Part shown: one piece after another, positions 11,191-22,700 of the stretch | How positions within the stretch are numbered: position 1 is the stretch's first letter | Layout: each line of letters opens with the position of its first letter | Assembly (NCBI GenBank): GCA_963815455.1 | Contig: CAWFGO010000001.1 | Coordinates: 640,001-704,000 of the forward strand | DNA length: 64,000 bases | Direction: 5' to 3' | Source: an uncultured Verrucomicrobiae bacterium | GTDB taxonomy: Bacteria > Verrucomicrobiota > Verrucomicrobiia > Chthoniobacterales > UBA10450 | Notes under the pieces: model-generated | Seen by the model: the letters and a program-made list of their open reading frames with translations, nothing else | Databases searched by the model: none | Told to the model about the DNA's origin: nothing | Position numbers and translations under genes: made by a program

Positions 11191-11379
11191 GCGAGGCCTT
11201 TACAGAAGGAAACGAAGGTAAGGGAGGAAGACGAAGACCGAGCGCGGATGACGCCGATGAGAGAGCGTCCGGTTATTCCCCTTGGTTATCCTCTGTATAA
11301 AATCCCGATAAAAGCTTGACCCGGCAGGGCCGATGCCTCAAAAAAGCGCCCGGAATTACGGGCCCGAGGGCCAGGCATC

Positions 11380-12201
11380 ATGAATCGTTATCTTTGTGTC
11401 TTTGCGTTGTCGTCGCTAGCGATCTCGCTTTTCGACGCGAAGGCCGGCTCTATGACGGAGGCCCGGGTGACGCAGACATCCAACGATGTGCAATTGATCG
11501 GTCCGGAGGCAGCGCCTCATCCGGTATCGGTGAACAACAAACTCGCCGCGAAAACAATCATTCGCACCGGCACCGATTCGCGGGCCGAAGTTACTTTCCC
11601 AGATCAAACCGTGGTGCGTCTCGCAGCCGATACCTCGTTCAATTTCGACAATGGCGGGCGCGATTTAAATTTGGAAAAAGGCGCGGTGCTGGTGCAGCTG
11701 CCAAAGCGCGCGCGCGGCACAAAGATGCACGCCGGCGCGGTGACGGCTGCAGGCGCGGGCACGACCGCGATGCTCGAGTATGCCCCGGGCGTTTGTAAAT
11801 TTCTGGTGTTGCAGGGAACCGGCCGGTTGTACCGCCCCAAACATCTGGGCGATTCTGTTCTGGTTAAGCCGGGCCAGATGATCATTGGCAACCCGGATAA
11901 TGCCTTGAGCGATCCGGTGGATTTCGATATCGACCGGTTCGTGAAAACGAGCCGGTTCATTGTCGATCTTCCTCCTTTGCGTAGCGAGCAGGCGATTGCT
12001 TCGGAAACCCGGAAGCAGGCCCGCGACAAATCGAAAAAAATCCTGATCGATACCAACCTGGTGATTTTCGGCGGCGGAACAATGGTCTCACTGGTTGACC
12101 CGACCAAGCTGGACTTGGGCGACGTCAGAACAGCCGAGTCCCCCACTCCAACTCCAAGCCCGAGTCCCGAAACGGTGGAACTTTTCTCAGCAGCGAAATG
12201 A
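11380..12201 (+). CDS. Secreted FecR-like domain protein (short, no passenger)
   Basis: Signal peptide; EARVT...IRTGTDSRAEVTFPDQTVVRLAADT; Pro/Thr tail. Confidence 0.85.
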   Translation: MNRYLCVFALSSLAISLFDAKAGSMTEARVTQTSNDVQLIGPEAAPHPVSVNNKLAAKTIIRTGTDSRAEVTFPDQTVVRLAADTSFNFDNGGRDLNLEKGAVLVQLPKRARGTKMHAGAVTAAGAGTTAMLEYAPGVCKFLVLQGTGRLYRPKHLGDSVLVKPGQMIIGNPDNALSDPVDFDIDRFVKTSRFIVDLPPLRSEQAIASETRKQARDKSKKILIDTNLVIFGGGTMVSLVDPTKLDLGDVRTAESPTPTPSPSPETVELFSAAK

Positions 12202-15200
12202 AGATGAAAGGAACGTTTGCGAATTTCCGGACCGGCGTGCCGGTGACGCTCTGTTTTGTGGTGATGGCTTTGGGCGCCGGAAAACCGGTTGCGCTGGCCG
12301 CCCCGTTGGAAGAAGCGCGCGTCTCTCGAGTGATTCAGGATGTGCGCTTGCTGGGATCGAATGCCGCACCGCGACCGGCAGCGGTGAACGACGATGTCAA
12401 ACAGGGAACGGCCGTGCGCACTGGGGTCGATTCGCGCGCGGAATTGACCTTCACCGATCAAACGATCACCCGGCTGGGCCAAAATACTGTGTTCAGTATC
12501 AGGGGCGGCACTCGCGAAGTGACTCTGGATAGCGGGGCCATTCTTGTGCAGGTCCCCCACGGCGGCGAGCCCGCGCAAATTCGCACCGCGGCAGTCACGG
12601 CCTCCATCAGTGGCGGCACGGCCATGTTTTCATCGAACCCGAATTTTCCCAAGAAATTACTCGTGCTCGAAGGTCTTGGACATTTTTGCCGGGAACGTCC
12701 GCCGGGGGAAAGACAGCGGCCGGAAGACTGCGTCGATGTGCCCGCCGGGCAAATGGTGATGATGCTGCCCGATGGGAGCATTACCAAGCCCACAAAGTTC
12801 GATGCCAAGCTGGTTTTCACCACCGCGCATCTGCTGACCGATTTTCCGCCGCTGGCCAATGAGTATTTGATTCTGCAAGTGATCGACGAACAGGAGGGCG
12901 GCGCCGGGGCCGGGGCGACCCCAACGCCACCGCCGGATGACATCGATGACATCGACCAACGCGACGCCGCTTCGCCGACACCGAGCCCGACATCGACGGC
13001 AAGTTCAACACCTACTCCAACGCCAAGCTCGACTCCAACTCCGACACCAAGTTCGACGCCAACTCCTACACCGAGCTCGACTCCCACTCCGACACCGAGC
13101 GCGACTCCTACTCCGACACCGAGCGCGACTCCTACTCCGACGCCGAGCGCGACCCCAACACCGACAGCAACGCCAAGCGCAACCCCAACACCGACCGGCA
13201 CGCCGAGCAAGTACGGCACGCCCACTACAATTTCGTCGCCCGATCCTTACGTGATCGATTCCAACACCGTGATCTCGACCGATCCGGCGATTACGAACGG
13301 GGACCAAACCGATTATGGGAAGATTTATCGCGGCCGCGAAATCGACGGAGCGTTCTCGCTCTGGGCGTTTGGATCGACATCGGCGTTCGACACGTCCAGC
13401 GGATTCGACGATGAGATCGACAGTTCGGGCGCGGTTTTCAAGTTTAGCAATCTGATTCTGCAAGGCGACCCGGTTATCAACACGGAGGGCGGCGAAGTTA
13501 ATCTCGGGCTGGTCGCCGTGAATAGCATCATGATTGCGCCGGCCGGTGGCCTTCAAGGCAACCTTGTTCTCACTTTCGCCGGTCTGGATGGTCTGTTGTT
13601 CGCCACTGTAAACGGGCCGATCACAGTCGCGCCGAATGTCGATTTCACGGGGCTCCGGGACCTCATATTTTATGCGCGCGGAGCGACCAGCGATCTCACT
13701 CTGGATGGCAGCTTCGACACCATGCACAAGCTCAGCTTGTATGCCGAGCGCGACATTCTCGGCACCGGTTCGTTCCAATCCGAAAAGATCTACGCCGTCG
13801 CCGGCCGCGATATTTCGCTCGACACCGGTTACGCGATCGAAGGCATCACGATGTATTTCAGGGCCGGAAACAATCTCATACTCGACGGGTTCGACAGCTC
13901 TGACACGGTCGAAAACTCAAGCGGCAACGTCTCATTCATTGCCGGCAACGACATTAACATCCCGGGCGGTCTTTACCTCGATCGCTACAACGGCGGCATC
14001 GACAGCGGACTTAATTTCACGATGGATGCCGGCCACGATATCAACACGGCGAACATCGATGTTTACACCGATACCGGAAACATCGATGGCGGGAATCTTT
14101 TGGTCACCGCGGGTCACGACATCATGGTAGCCAAACGGAATTTCGCTGGAAACGAATGCTGTCAGCGGCAGTGGCGGCGGAAATGCCGGCCGCGCTGATG
14201 GCCCCGCGCTCAAACGGCGCGAACGTCACTCTTCATGCCGGCAACGATATCGTGACGTCGGATATTTATGCGGTCAACGAACCTTAACGAATTGTTCTTT
14301 GATCAAGGCGGAAACATTGCACGTTTCAGCTGACAGAAACATCCAAACGACCAGCGGAGGAATTTCCCTTGGCGTCCAATTTTACGACGGCGCTTCCATC
14401 GGCACAGGTGGCAACATCGGCCTGACCGCGGGCGGGGATATAAATATCGCGGGCGATTTCGATGCTGAAATTGACGGTTCCAATGACGGCCACATCACTG
14501 AAGGCGGCAATCTGAGCGTAATGATTGATGGCGGGCTGACCGCTACCGGCCGGATCTCGCCTGTGATCGACATCGACAGCGGCGGCAGCATTACCACCGG
14601 TGGAAATATCGATTTCCAGATCGGCACTGATTTGAATGCTGATTCATTCCTCCCTGTAATCGACACCGATTCCAGCGGCACGATCGGCACCGGCGGAAAC
14701 ATTTCGTTGAATGTCACCGGGAACGCACAAGTGGCTCAAATCTCGGCCGTGATTGATAACGACACGTTTGGGAACATCGGCATGGGCGGCAGTATCACGG
14801 GCATGGTTGGCGGAAATCTCACAAGTTCGACGGTCAATCTGGACATCGACAACAGCTTCGGCGGTCAAATTGGCACCGGCGGAAACATTTCGCTCACGGT
14901 GGGCGGCAATCTGACTACCGGCGGTGGAGCCGTCGACGCAGCTGGCCCGGTTCTCAGACCCGGCAGCGACGTCCTTGTCCCCAGTGGTTCGCAGCCAGAT
15001 CTCCAACTCACCCTGCAAAACACGAACGGCAACATCGACACCGGCGGCAATATCACCTTGATGGTGGGTGGCAAGGGGACCGGCGACGTTCATGCCAATG
15101 CCTTCGCCTTATATCTCCAGAACTACGATGAGACAGCTAATGCTGCCGGACATATCGGCACTGGAGGAAATATCAACGTCCAGATCGGGGGCAACCTAAC

Positions 15201-18200
15201 GACTGATTCCTATCTCGATGTTTTCCTGAACAATCGCGGCGGCGGAATGATCGATTCGGGCGGGAATTTGACCTTCAACATTGGCGGGGCCTTGACCGTT
15301 GGCGCCGATGAGACGGGGTTCAGCTCTGAGTTTATTGTCGGGAATCGATATGTTGACAGCGGGGGAAACACCAGCGGCTCAAGCATTGGCTCGAACGTAT
15401 CGGTCTATGTCCATGCGGCCAGCGTCAGCATGGACGGGATCATCTACGGTTGCGGCATCAGCAATCGCAGCAGCGTTATCAGCGGGAACGCTACCGTCAC
15501 CTGGGATGTTCCCGGTGACGTAACAATTCAGGGTACGGCCAATATATTTGGGAGTTCTGGAGCTGCCTGGTTCGTACTCAATGACATTCCGTCCGATTAT
15601 CAATTCACGCCGCCATCGGGCGGCACCATTCATGGAGACGCAACGGTAACCGTGAACACCGGTGGCGACTTGAGCGTTACCGGCAATGCCGCCGCTTACA
15701 TCGATCAGTTCCGCCGGAGCGGATTGCCCGATCTGAACGGCGGCACGATCGACGGCAATGCCGCGGTGAACATTACCGCCGCGAACATTTCGATCGGGGA
15801 CGATAAGACCACTTCGAATTTCGACGTTTACATCGGCAACCAGAGAAATGGTCCTGGCCCCGGCACGGCCGGAAGCATCGGCAGCGATGCCACGATTCAA
15901 CTCTCCGTCGCAAACAATCTTTCGACGACCGGTTATCTCGATACGGAGATCGACAACTACAACGGCGGGATAATTAATGGCAATGCAAGCGTCAGCGTGT
16001 CGGCAGGGATGGCCGCCCGCGGTCGCGGCGGATTGCTTACGCCTGGGATCTCGATCGGCTCCGATGCAATTTTCGGAATTTATAATTTTGGCGGCGGGAA
16101 CATTGATGGGACCGCCACGGTCACGGTCGATGCCGCGGATATTTCGGTGGGTGGAGATCTGTCCGCCGAAATCACGAACAGCGGCGGCACGATTGGCGAT
16201 GACGCCGAGATTAATTTCAATATCGCCGGCGATCTCGTAACCGAGAACAGTGCGAACTTTTTTCTCGTCAACTCCGACGGGGGCCATATTGCAGGTAACG
16301 CGACCGTCAATGCTCTTGCCTCCGGCGGAATAAACGGTGGCAATGGCGCCTTCTTCGCAATCATAAACGACGATTCTGACGGCAAGACGCTCGGTGGGAC
16401 AATAGTCGGTGATGCGCTGGTCCACGTCACTGCCGATCATCTCTCCACTGAAACCTTGGATGAGAATGACTTTAACTTGTTTGGGACCATCCATAACTCC
16501 GGTGGCAGCATTGGGGGGAATTCCAAGGTCATGTTTGATATTTCCGGCGCGATCACTACAGCCGGGCGCGCATCGTTCGATATTCTAAACTTCAACGATG
16601 GTGGTGAAAATGGCGGAGGTATGATTGGTGGAAATGCCACCGTGAATGTCAACGCTGGGGCTCTTTCAATCGACGGCGAGCTTCTTGCGAAGATCATCAA
16701 CAACGGCGGGACCATCGACGGGAACGCTGCCATCAGCATCAATGCCTTAAACTCCGGCGGGAAGAAGCGCAGGGCTTCTACGGGCAACATCGACATCCTC
16801 GATGCGGCAACAATCCAAATCTTGAACAGCGGCGAAGGAAGTCAGATCGGCGGCAACGCGTCTATTTCAGTCACAACTGGGGGAGACTTTCACGCGGGTT
16901 CGCTGGATGCGTTGATCGACAATACAAGCGGCGGATTGGTCAAGTCGGCGAGCATCAATTTCAACATTGGCGGCGCCCTAACGACCGACGGGGATGCCAG
17001 CTTCGTGATCGATGGCAGCACCCCAAAATCGAGTAAGCGGCCTGGAAAGGAACCTGTGCCGATGATTCTTGTCGACACCGGCTCGATCGATGTGGGTGGT
17101 TCGCTCACGGCAAACATCCGAGACGACGGCGGCAAGTTTATTTCAGAGGGGAACGTATCCGTTCATGCCGACACCGACATCATGGTCGGCGGCGATTTGA
17201 ACACGTGGGGCAGCGTCACTGCCGGTAACAACATTTCCGTGGGCGGCGTTGTCTATGTTCCAACCGAAGTTACAGCCACTAACGGATCGGTCTCGATCGT
17301 TGGCGGCGCGTTCGTATTTGAGATTTCGGCCGGAACCGACGTCAACATCGGCGGAGGAGCAGATTCGGCGTTCCTGCTTGTGAACGATCTGACTGCCGGG
17401 AATGCCCTGAACCTGATGGATGTTTCACTGATTCAGCCTGAAAGCGCAAGCAGTGACGGCAGCGTCGGGTTCACTCCCGATGATATGACCGTGACCGTGA
17501 ATTCGATCGTAACCACTGGGCCTACCATCCCGTTCCTTCCGTCTAACGGTTCCGATGCCGATTCGAATTTTGGAAACGATAATCCGGGCAACGGCGGCAA
17601 AGTCACTCTCAACATCAACGCCGGTGGCCTGACGATCGGGTCGGGCGGCCAGATAAACTACATCGCAGCCAACGGCGGTAATTACGCAACCGATTCCACC
17701 GCTGGTGGTGGTGGCGGCACGGTAAACATTAATGCCACGGGAGACGTTACGCTGAACGACGGCGACAATGAAACGCCCGCCATTACGACCTACACCGGCC
17801 TGATTCCCGACGGCGGGCCGTTCATCCTCGGCGATGGCGGTGCAGTAACCATCAACAGCGGCGGAACAGTGACGGTTAATTCCACTGTGATCGTTTCGTC
17901 TAACGATGTCTTTAAGGCCGCGCCAGACGAGACCCCGCCACCATATCGTGCCAGCTCGAACGGCGGAAACATCACGATCAATAGCACCAAGACCTCGGGC
18001 CAGGCGATCAACGTCACGAGCTCGGGCCAATTGCTCTCGTTATTGAACGGGGCTGCACCTGGACCGGGTGGAAAGATCTTGTTGCACGCAACCAATCCGA
18101 AAACGAAGCGGAACGGTCGCCCGAATGGTGGAAACAACAGCACCATCGACATCGACAATGGAAACGGCGAGCCCGGCGCGATCATTGCCGATCGCGGCAC

Positions 18201-18753
18201 GGTCGAAATTCGCCACGAAGGAATCGATGGCGCGATCAACATCAACAATGCCTACATTTTCGCCGATATCGTTAAGATCGGCGCGCTCGGCACGAACGGC
18301 ACCTTGACCATCGGCGGCGGTTTGATCTCGGCCGACAGCCAGTTGAAGCTCTATGCCGGCGGCAGCAACGGCACGATCCACTTCATTGCGAATGTGACCC
18401 TGTCCAGTCCGGTAAATATTCTCGCCGCTGATACGGTTCACATCGACATGGGTGTCACCGTCTTTATCGACAATCCGAACAAAACACCCGCCGACGTTTA
18501 CACCAACCATGCCGAATATGGCATCGCCGGAACGGGTGATTTCGGGGGTGCCGGGGCGAATACCCACTCTTTGACCGAGGCACCGCCATTTGACGACACA
18601 GTTGCTCGGGCAGGACGCCATCGTCACCGCGCGGCATCGCAGACGACGGCCGCGGCGCCGTTCCGCCAGCGCGTGGTGCCCTCAATTGAAAACGGCACGG
18701 TTACTCCGACTCGGATTCGTGAGTCCGTCTCCAACTCCATTCCACGGCGATGA
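12198..18753 (+). CDS. Giant secreted protein (~2180 aa reconstructed): FecR-like domain, (TPTPTPSS)n linker, Gly/Asn/Asp-rich beta-solenoid, conserved C-terminal domain; frameshifts near 14130-14300
   Basis: ORFs 12198-14198 and 14299-18753 have continuous repeat character (AGxDINI, IGTGGNIxL.VGG.L); N-terminal VRTGVDSRAELTFTDQTITRLGQNT. Confidence 0.8.
13008..13206 (+). repeat. Coding minisatellite, 24-bp unit encoding TPTPTPS(S/A)
   Basis: About 8 tandem units visible in the translation. Confidence 0.9.
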
Positions 18754-19772
18754 ATAGTAACAGCTTGACCCAGAAAATGAATAGCCTCAAAAAGAGGACC
18801 CCGCGTATGAGCCGTCGCTGTCCATTTCCCCGGTTGGTCCTCGCGATGACGCTGTATATGTCGATCTTGCTGGGTCTAGCCGGCCGAGGTTTTGGCCAGG
18901 AAGTCGAGGCCGATCAGGCCGCCCTGACCCGCAGCCAGGCCCCGTCGCAATTCGGCACCAATGCGCCGCCGACCGGTGTTATCGACGGGCATGCCGTGCC
19001 GACTCCGAACGATTCCGACCTTGGCGAACAGCAAATTCTCAAACGAGCAGAAGGATATCAGCCGTTCACCGTGTCGGCGGGCACGCCTTTCTATTGGACG
19101 TCCAACGTTGCCCTCAGCAACAGCGGCGAAATGGACGATTTCATCATCGCGCCGACAGCTTCTGTGTTCTACGAGCCGCGTTTTACTCCCACGTTTTACG
19201 GTCTGGTCGGCGTCCGTGAGCAGTTGTTTTATTACGATCGATTCGACGGCTTCGATTTTGGAAGCTTCGATTTCGAAATCGGATTCCGATATCTGCTGCC
19301 TCAGTGTCATAATCTGCTTCTCCGCTTCGAGTACGATTACAATCGCCTGACCAAGAAGGACAGCTTCGACGATTTCTATTCGAACCACGTCTTTATCGCC
19401 AGCGCGGACATTCCTTTCCGCTTCGGGCGGGCCCAGCAGGTTTCAATCGGCGCAGATGCGAATATCAGTGCCACGGCCTGGCCGGAAGCTCCCCGCCGCA
19501 ACGATTACGAAGTTTACCTCAGTTATTCGGCGAACCTTACCCGCGCATTTTCGATCAACGCCTCGGGCCGTATTGCCGTGCGTGATTATTATCATCAAGA
19601 CTCGCGCGTCGATGTAAGTGAGATCCTCGCGCTGAGCGCAAATTACCGCATAACCAACTTTCTTAGCGCCGGGGCGATCGGCACTCTTGCGGCCAGCCAG
19701 TCTAACCACGGTGTTTTTGATTACGAAGTAGCGAACGTAGGCGGGGTCGTGTCGCTATGGATAAAGTTCTAA
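18750..19772 (+). CDS. Outer-membrane beta-barrel protein
   Basis: Signal peptide ending GRGFG|QE; alternating aromatic/hydrophobic strands; C-terminal Phe (VSLWIKF) typical of a BAM beta-signal; start may be 18808. Confidence 0.75.
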   Translation: MNSNSLTQKMNSLKKRTPRMSRRCPFPRLVLAMTLYMSILLGLAGRGFGQEVEADQAALTRSQAPSQFGTNAPPTGVIDGHAVPTPNDSDLGEQQILKRAEGYQPFTVSAGTPFYWTSNVALSNSGEMDDFIIAPTASVFYEPRFTPTFYGLVGVREQLFYYDRFDGFDFGSFDFEIGFRYLLPQCHNLLLRFEYDYNRLTKKDSFDDFYSNHVFIASADIPFRFGRAQQVSIGADANISATAWPEAPRRNDYEVYLSYSANLTRAFSINASGRIAVRDYYHQDSRVDVSEILALSANYRITNFLSAGAIGTLAASQSNHGVFDYEVANVGGVVSLWIKF

Positions 19773-22700
19773 AGAACTGCTCGGTAGGCCCGGGCTTCGC
19801 CCGATTCCGGGCGCGGAGGGAGTTTCTGTGGCTGCTGGTCGCTTTGTCGCTGGGTACGCCCAGCAGACCGGTTTTGGCCGAGCAACTGAGCGAGGCCCAG
19901 ATCACTCGAATCATCAAGAAAGTAGAAATGCTTCCCGAGCAGGCCGCGGCGCGTCCGGCCCTTCTGAAGGATACTGTCCGCGGCGGAACGGCCGTGCGTA
20001 CCGGGACGGAGTCACGCACCGAGCTTACCTTTACCGATCAAACGCTCACCCGTCTGGGTGCGAACACGACCTTCACTTTCAATGAAGGGAGTCGCAATAT
20101 CGATCTCGGCGTCGGCGCAATGCTTTTGTACGTGCCCAAGAATAGCGGCGGCGCCAAAATTTCAACCGCAGCCGTGACCGCGGCGATTACCGGCACGACC
20201 GTTCTGATTGAGGCGCATGCCGGCGGGGGGGGGAAGAACCGATCGCCGTTCGGCGCAAGACGAAGAGGCAGAGCATGTCCAGTTTGGGTTGGTGACCCGC
20301 AATCCGACGCCGGCCAACCCGAAGGAGCGAAATGACTATTTCAAATTCATCAGCCTGGAAGGCATCGCCAGCGTCTTTCTCAATAGTCAGCCCGGCGAAA
20401 CGGTCGCTATTCATCCCGGGGAAATGCTCATTGTTCCGGCGAACGCCACGAGGCTGCCAAAACCGGTTACGATCGATCTAAAAAAACTGGTCGAGACCAG
20501 CCTGCTGTTCACGGATTTTGAGCCGCTCGCAAGCGAGCCGTTGATCGCGGAAGAAATTCGAAAGCAGCAGGGCGAAGGCGTCGAAGAGGAGGTTACCGTC
20601 GATAACGATCCCACATCAGGCGACGTGATCGACCAGGCTTTTTCAGCGTTTCCGCCGGTCCCACTTCCACCTGGCCCGACCGGTACGACGATTACCTATC
20701 TTGGCCTTCCCGGTGGAATCTGGAGTTCTCCGGCCAGTTGGACTCCGGCCATCGTGCCCAATAATAGCGGTGGCAAAGCTTACACCGCCATCATCAACAG
20801 CGGAATGCTCACCCAGGACATCGTGGCCGGCGTAATCATTCAACAGTTGCAAATGAACGGCGGAACACTGGTGTTGACCAATCCGCTCACGTTGAACACC
20901 GGGCTGCAATTTACCGGGGGAACCTTTATCGGCGGCAATCTCTTTATTGCCGGAACCAGCACGCAGGCCACGACGATGACCCTTCAGAACGTGATGCTGA
21001 ACAACAGCGGGGCCTACAATATTACAATCAACTCGGGCTTTGCCTTCAATGGAGCGGGATCCAATTTCATCAACTCTGGCACGCTGAGAAAAGCCGACGG
21101 CGGGATGGAGGAGGTGTTTTTCGATATCCCGATCACGAATACGGGCACCGTGTCCGTGCCAACTGGCGCTTTTACATTTAGCGGCGGGGGAACGAACTCC
21201 GGTACGTTCTCAGCCGCGGCGGGCGGATTTCTGCGGATTGATGGCAACTTTACGTTCGACGCGACTTCCAATGTGACCGGCGCCGGTACCATCAACTTCC
21301 TCTCCGGCACGACCAATATCGCGGGCGGCTACAATGTCACCGGCCAAACCAACTTTTCCGGCGCCACCGTCAACTTTAACAGCCCTATCACCAGCCTCGG
21401 TGCGGTTATGATCGACAGTGGCGCGGTGAACTTTAATTCTACCGATGTCACCGCGTCATCGATCACCTTCCTCGGCGGCACTATGGGCGGGACCGCCCCA
21501 AACGTGAACTCGACAGGTCTGTTCACCTGGACGAGCGGCACCTTCAGCGGCGCAGGAGCGATCAATGGCAATGGCGGGATTCTCCTAAACAACGCGCAGG
21601 TCTTCCTGAATCAGCGCACTCTCAACAACGCTCTCGGCCAGACGGCCACCATGAGCAATTTTTCGCAGATCCTTTTCCAAAACGGCGCCGTGATAAACAA
21701 CAACGGCCTGTTCCTCGTCCAAACCAACACCGCCGCCGATGGATTCTTTTATAATAGTGGCGCCGATGGCACTTTTAATAACAACGGCACCTTCACCCGT
21801 AACACCGGGGCGACCTCTTTCGTCGTCACGCCGCAAGTGGCCTTTAACAACGCCGGCACGGTCAACGCCAATAGCGGCACCCTGGTTTTCAACGGTGGCT
21901 ACACCCAAACGGCTGGCACGACGCAGTTGGGCGGCGGCGATATCTCGTCCACTAGCGCGCTGCAAATTCAGGGTGGGCTGCTCACCGGGTCCGGTAATAT
22001 CTTCGCCTCGATTAACAGCAGCGCCACCATCAGGCCGAGCCTCGGCGGCAGCGGTCTCGTCGTCAACGGCAACGTCGCATTAATGACCGGTTCAGATCTC
22101 AGCTTTCAGATCGGCGGACTGACCCAGGGAAGCCAATATAGCTTTCTCAATGTGAGCGGAATGGTCGGCCTCGACGGTAATCTCGTTCTTTCCTTCGCCA
22201 ACGGTTTTCAGAATTCCGTGGCTCCCGGCGATGCGTTCACCATCGCGACGGCCACGGGCGGCGTGACCGGAATCTTTGCCAACGTCGCTTCCGGGGCCCG
22301 GCTCGATACCACCGACGGATTCGGCTCGTTCCAGGTTGATTACACCGGCAACAACATCGTGCTCTCCAATTTCATGCCGCCCGCGGTCGTGATCACCGAA
22401 GCAACGTGGACCGGCGGGGCCGGCAACTGGAGCACCCCGCCCAATTGGGACATCGATCCGAACTTTCCTAACAACGGCCAGCCCAACCCGGGCGATCTCT
22501 ACAATGCGACGCTGAACAATGGCGGCACGATCACGCTCGACATTCCAATCACGATCCAAAATTTCACGCTTGGTGCCGGCACGGTTACCGGCGCCAATTC
22601 GTTAACGATCAATCAGGTTTTTACCTGGAACGGGGGGACGCTGGCCGGCGGAGGCGTTTTCAACGCTAACGGCGGGATCAGTATGGCTGGCGGCAGCCAG

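Noticed and set aside
10958..11260. Repeated units as a CRISPR array
   Set aside because: Only two palindromic GTAG-type doublets, no regular repeat-spacer period and no cas genes
12458..13225. Antisense ORF with (GV)n repeats and other long shadow ORFs
   Set aside because: Mirror of the Pro/Thr linker and a by-product of high-GC codon bias
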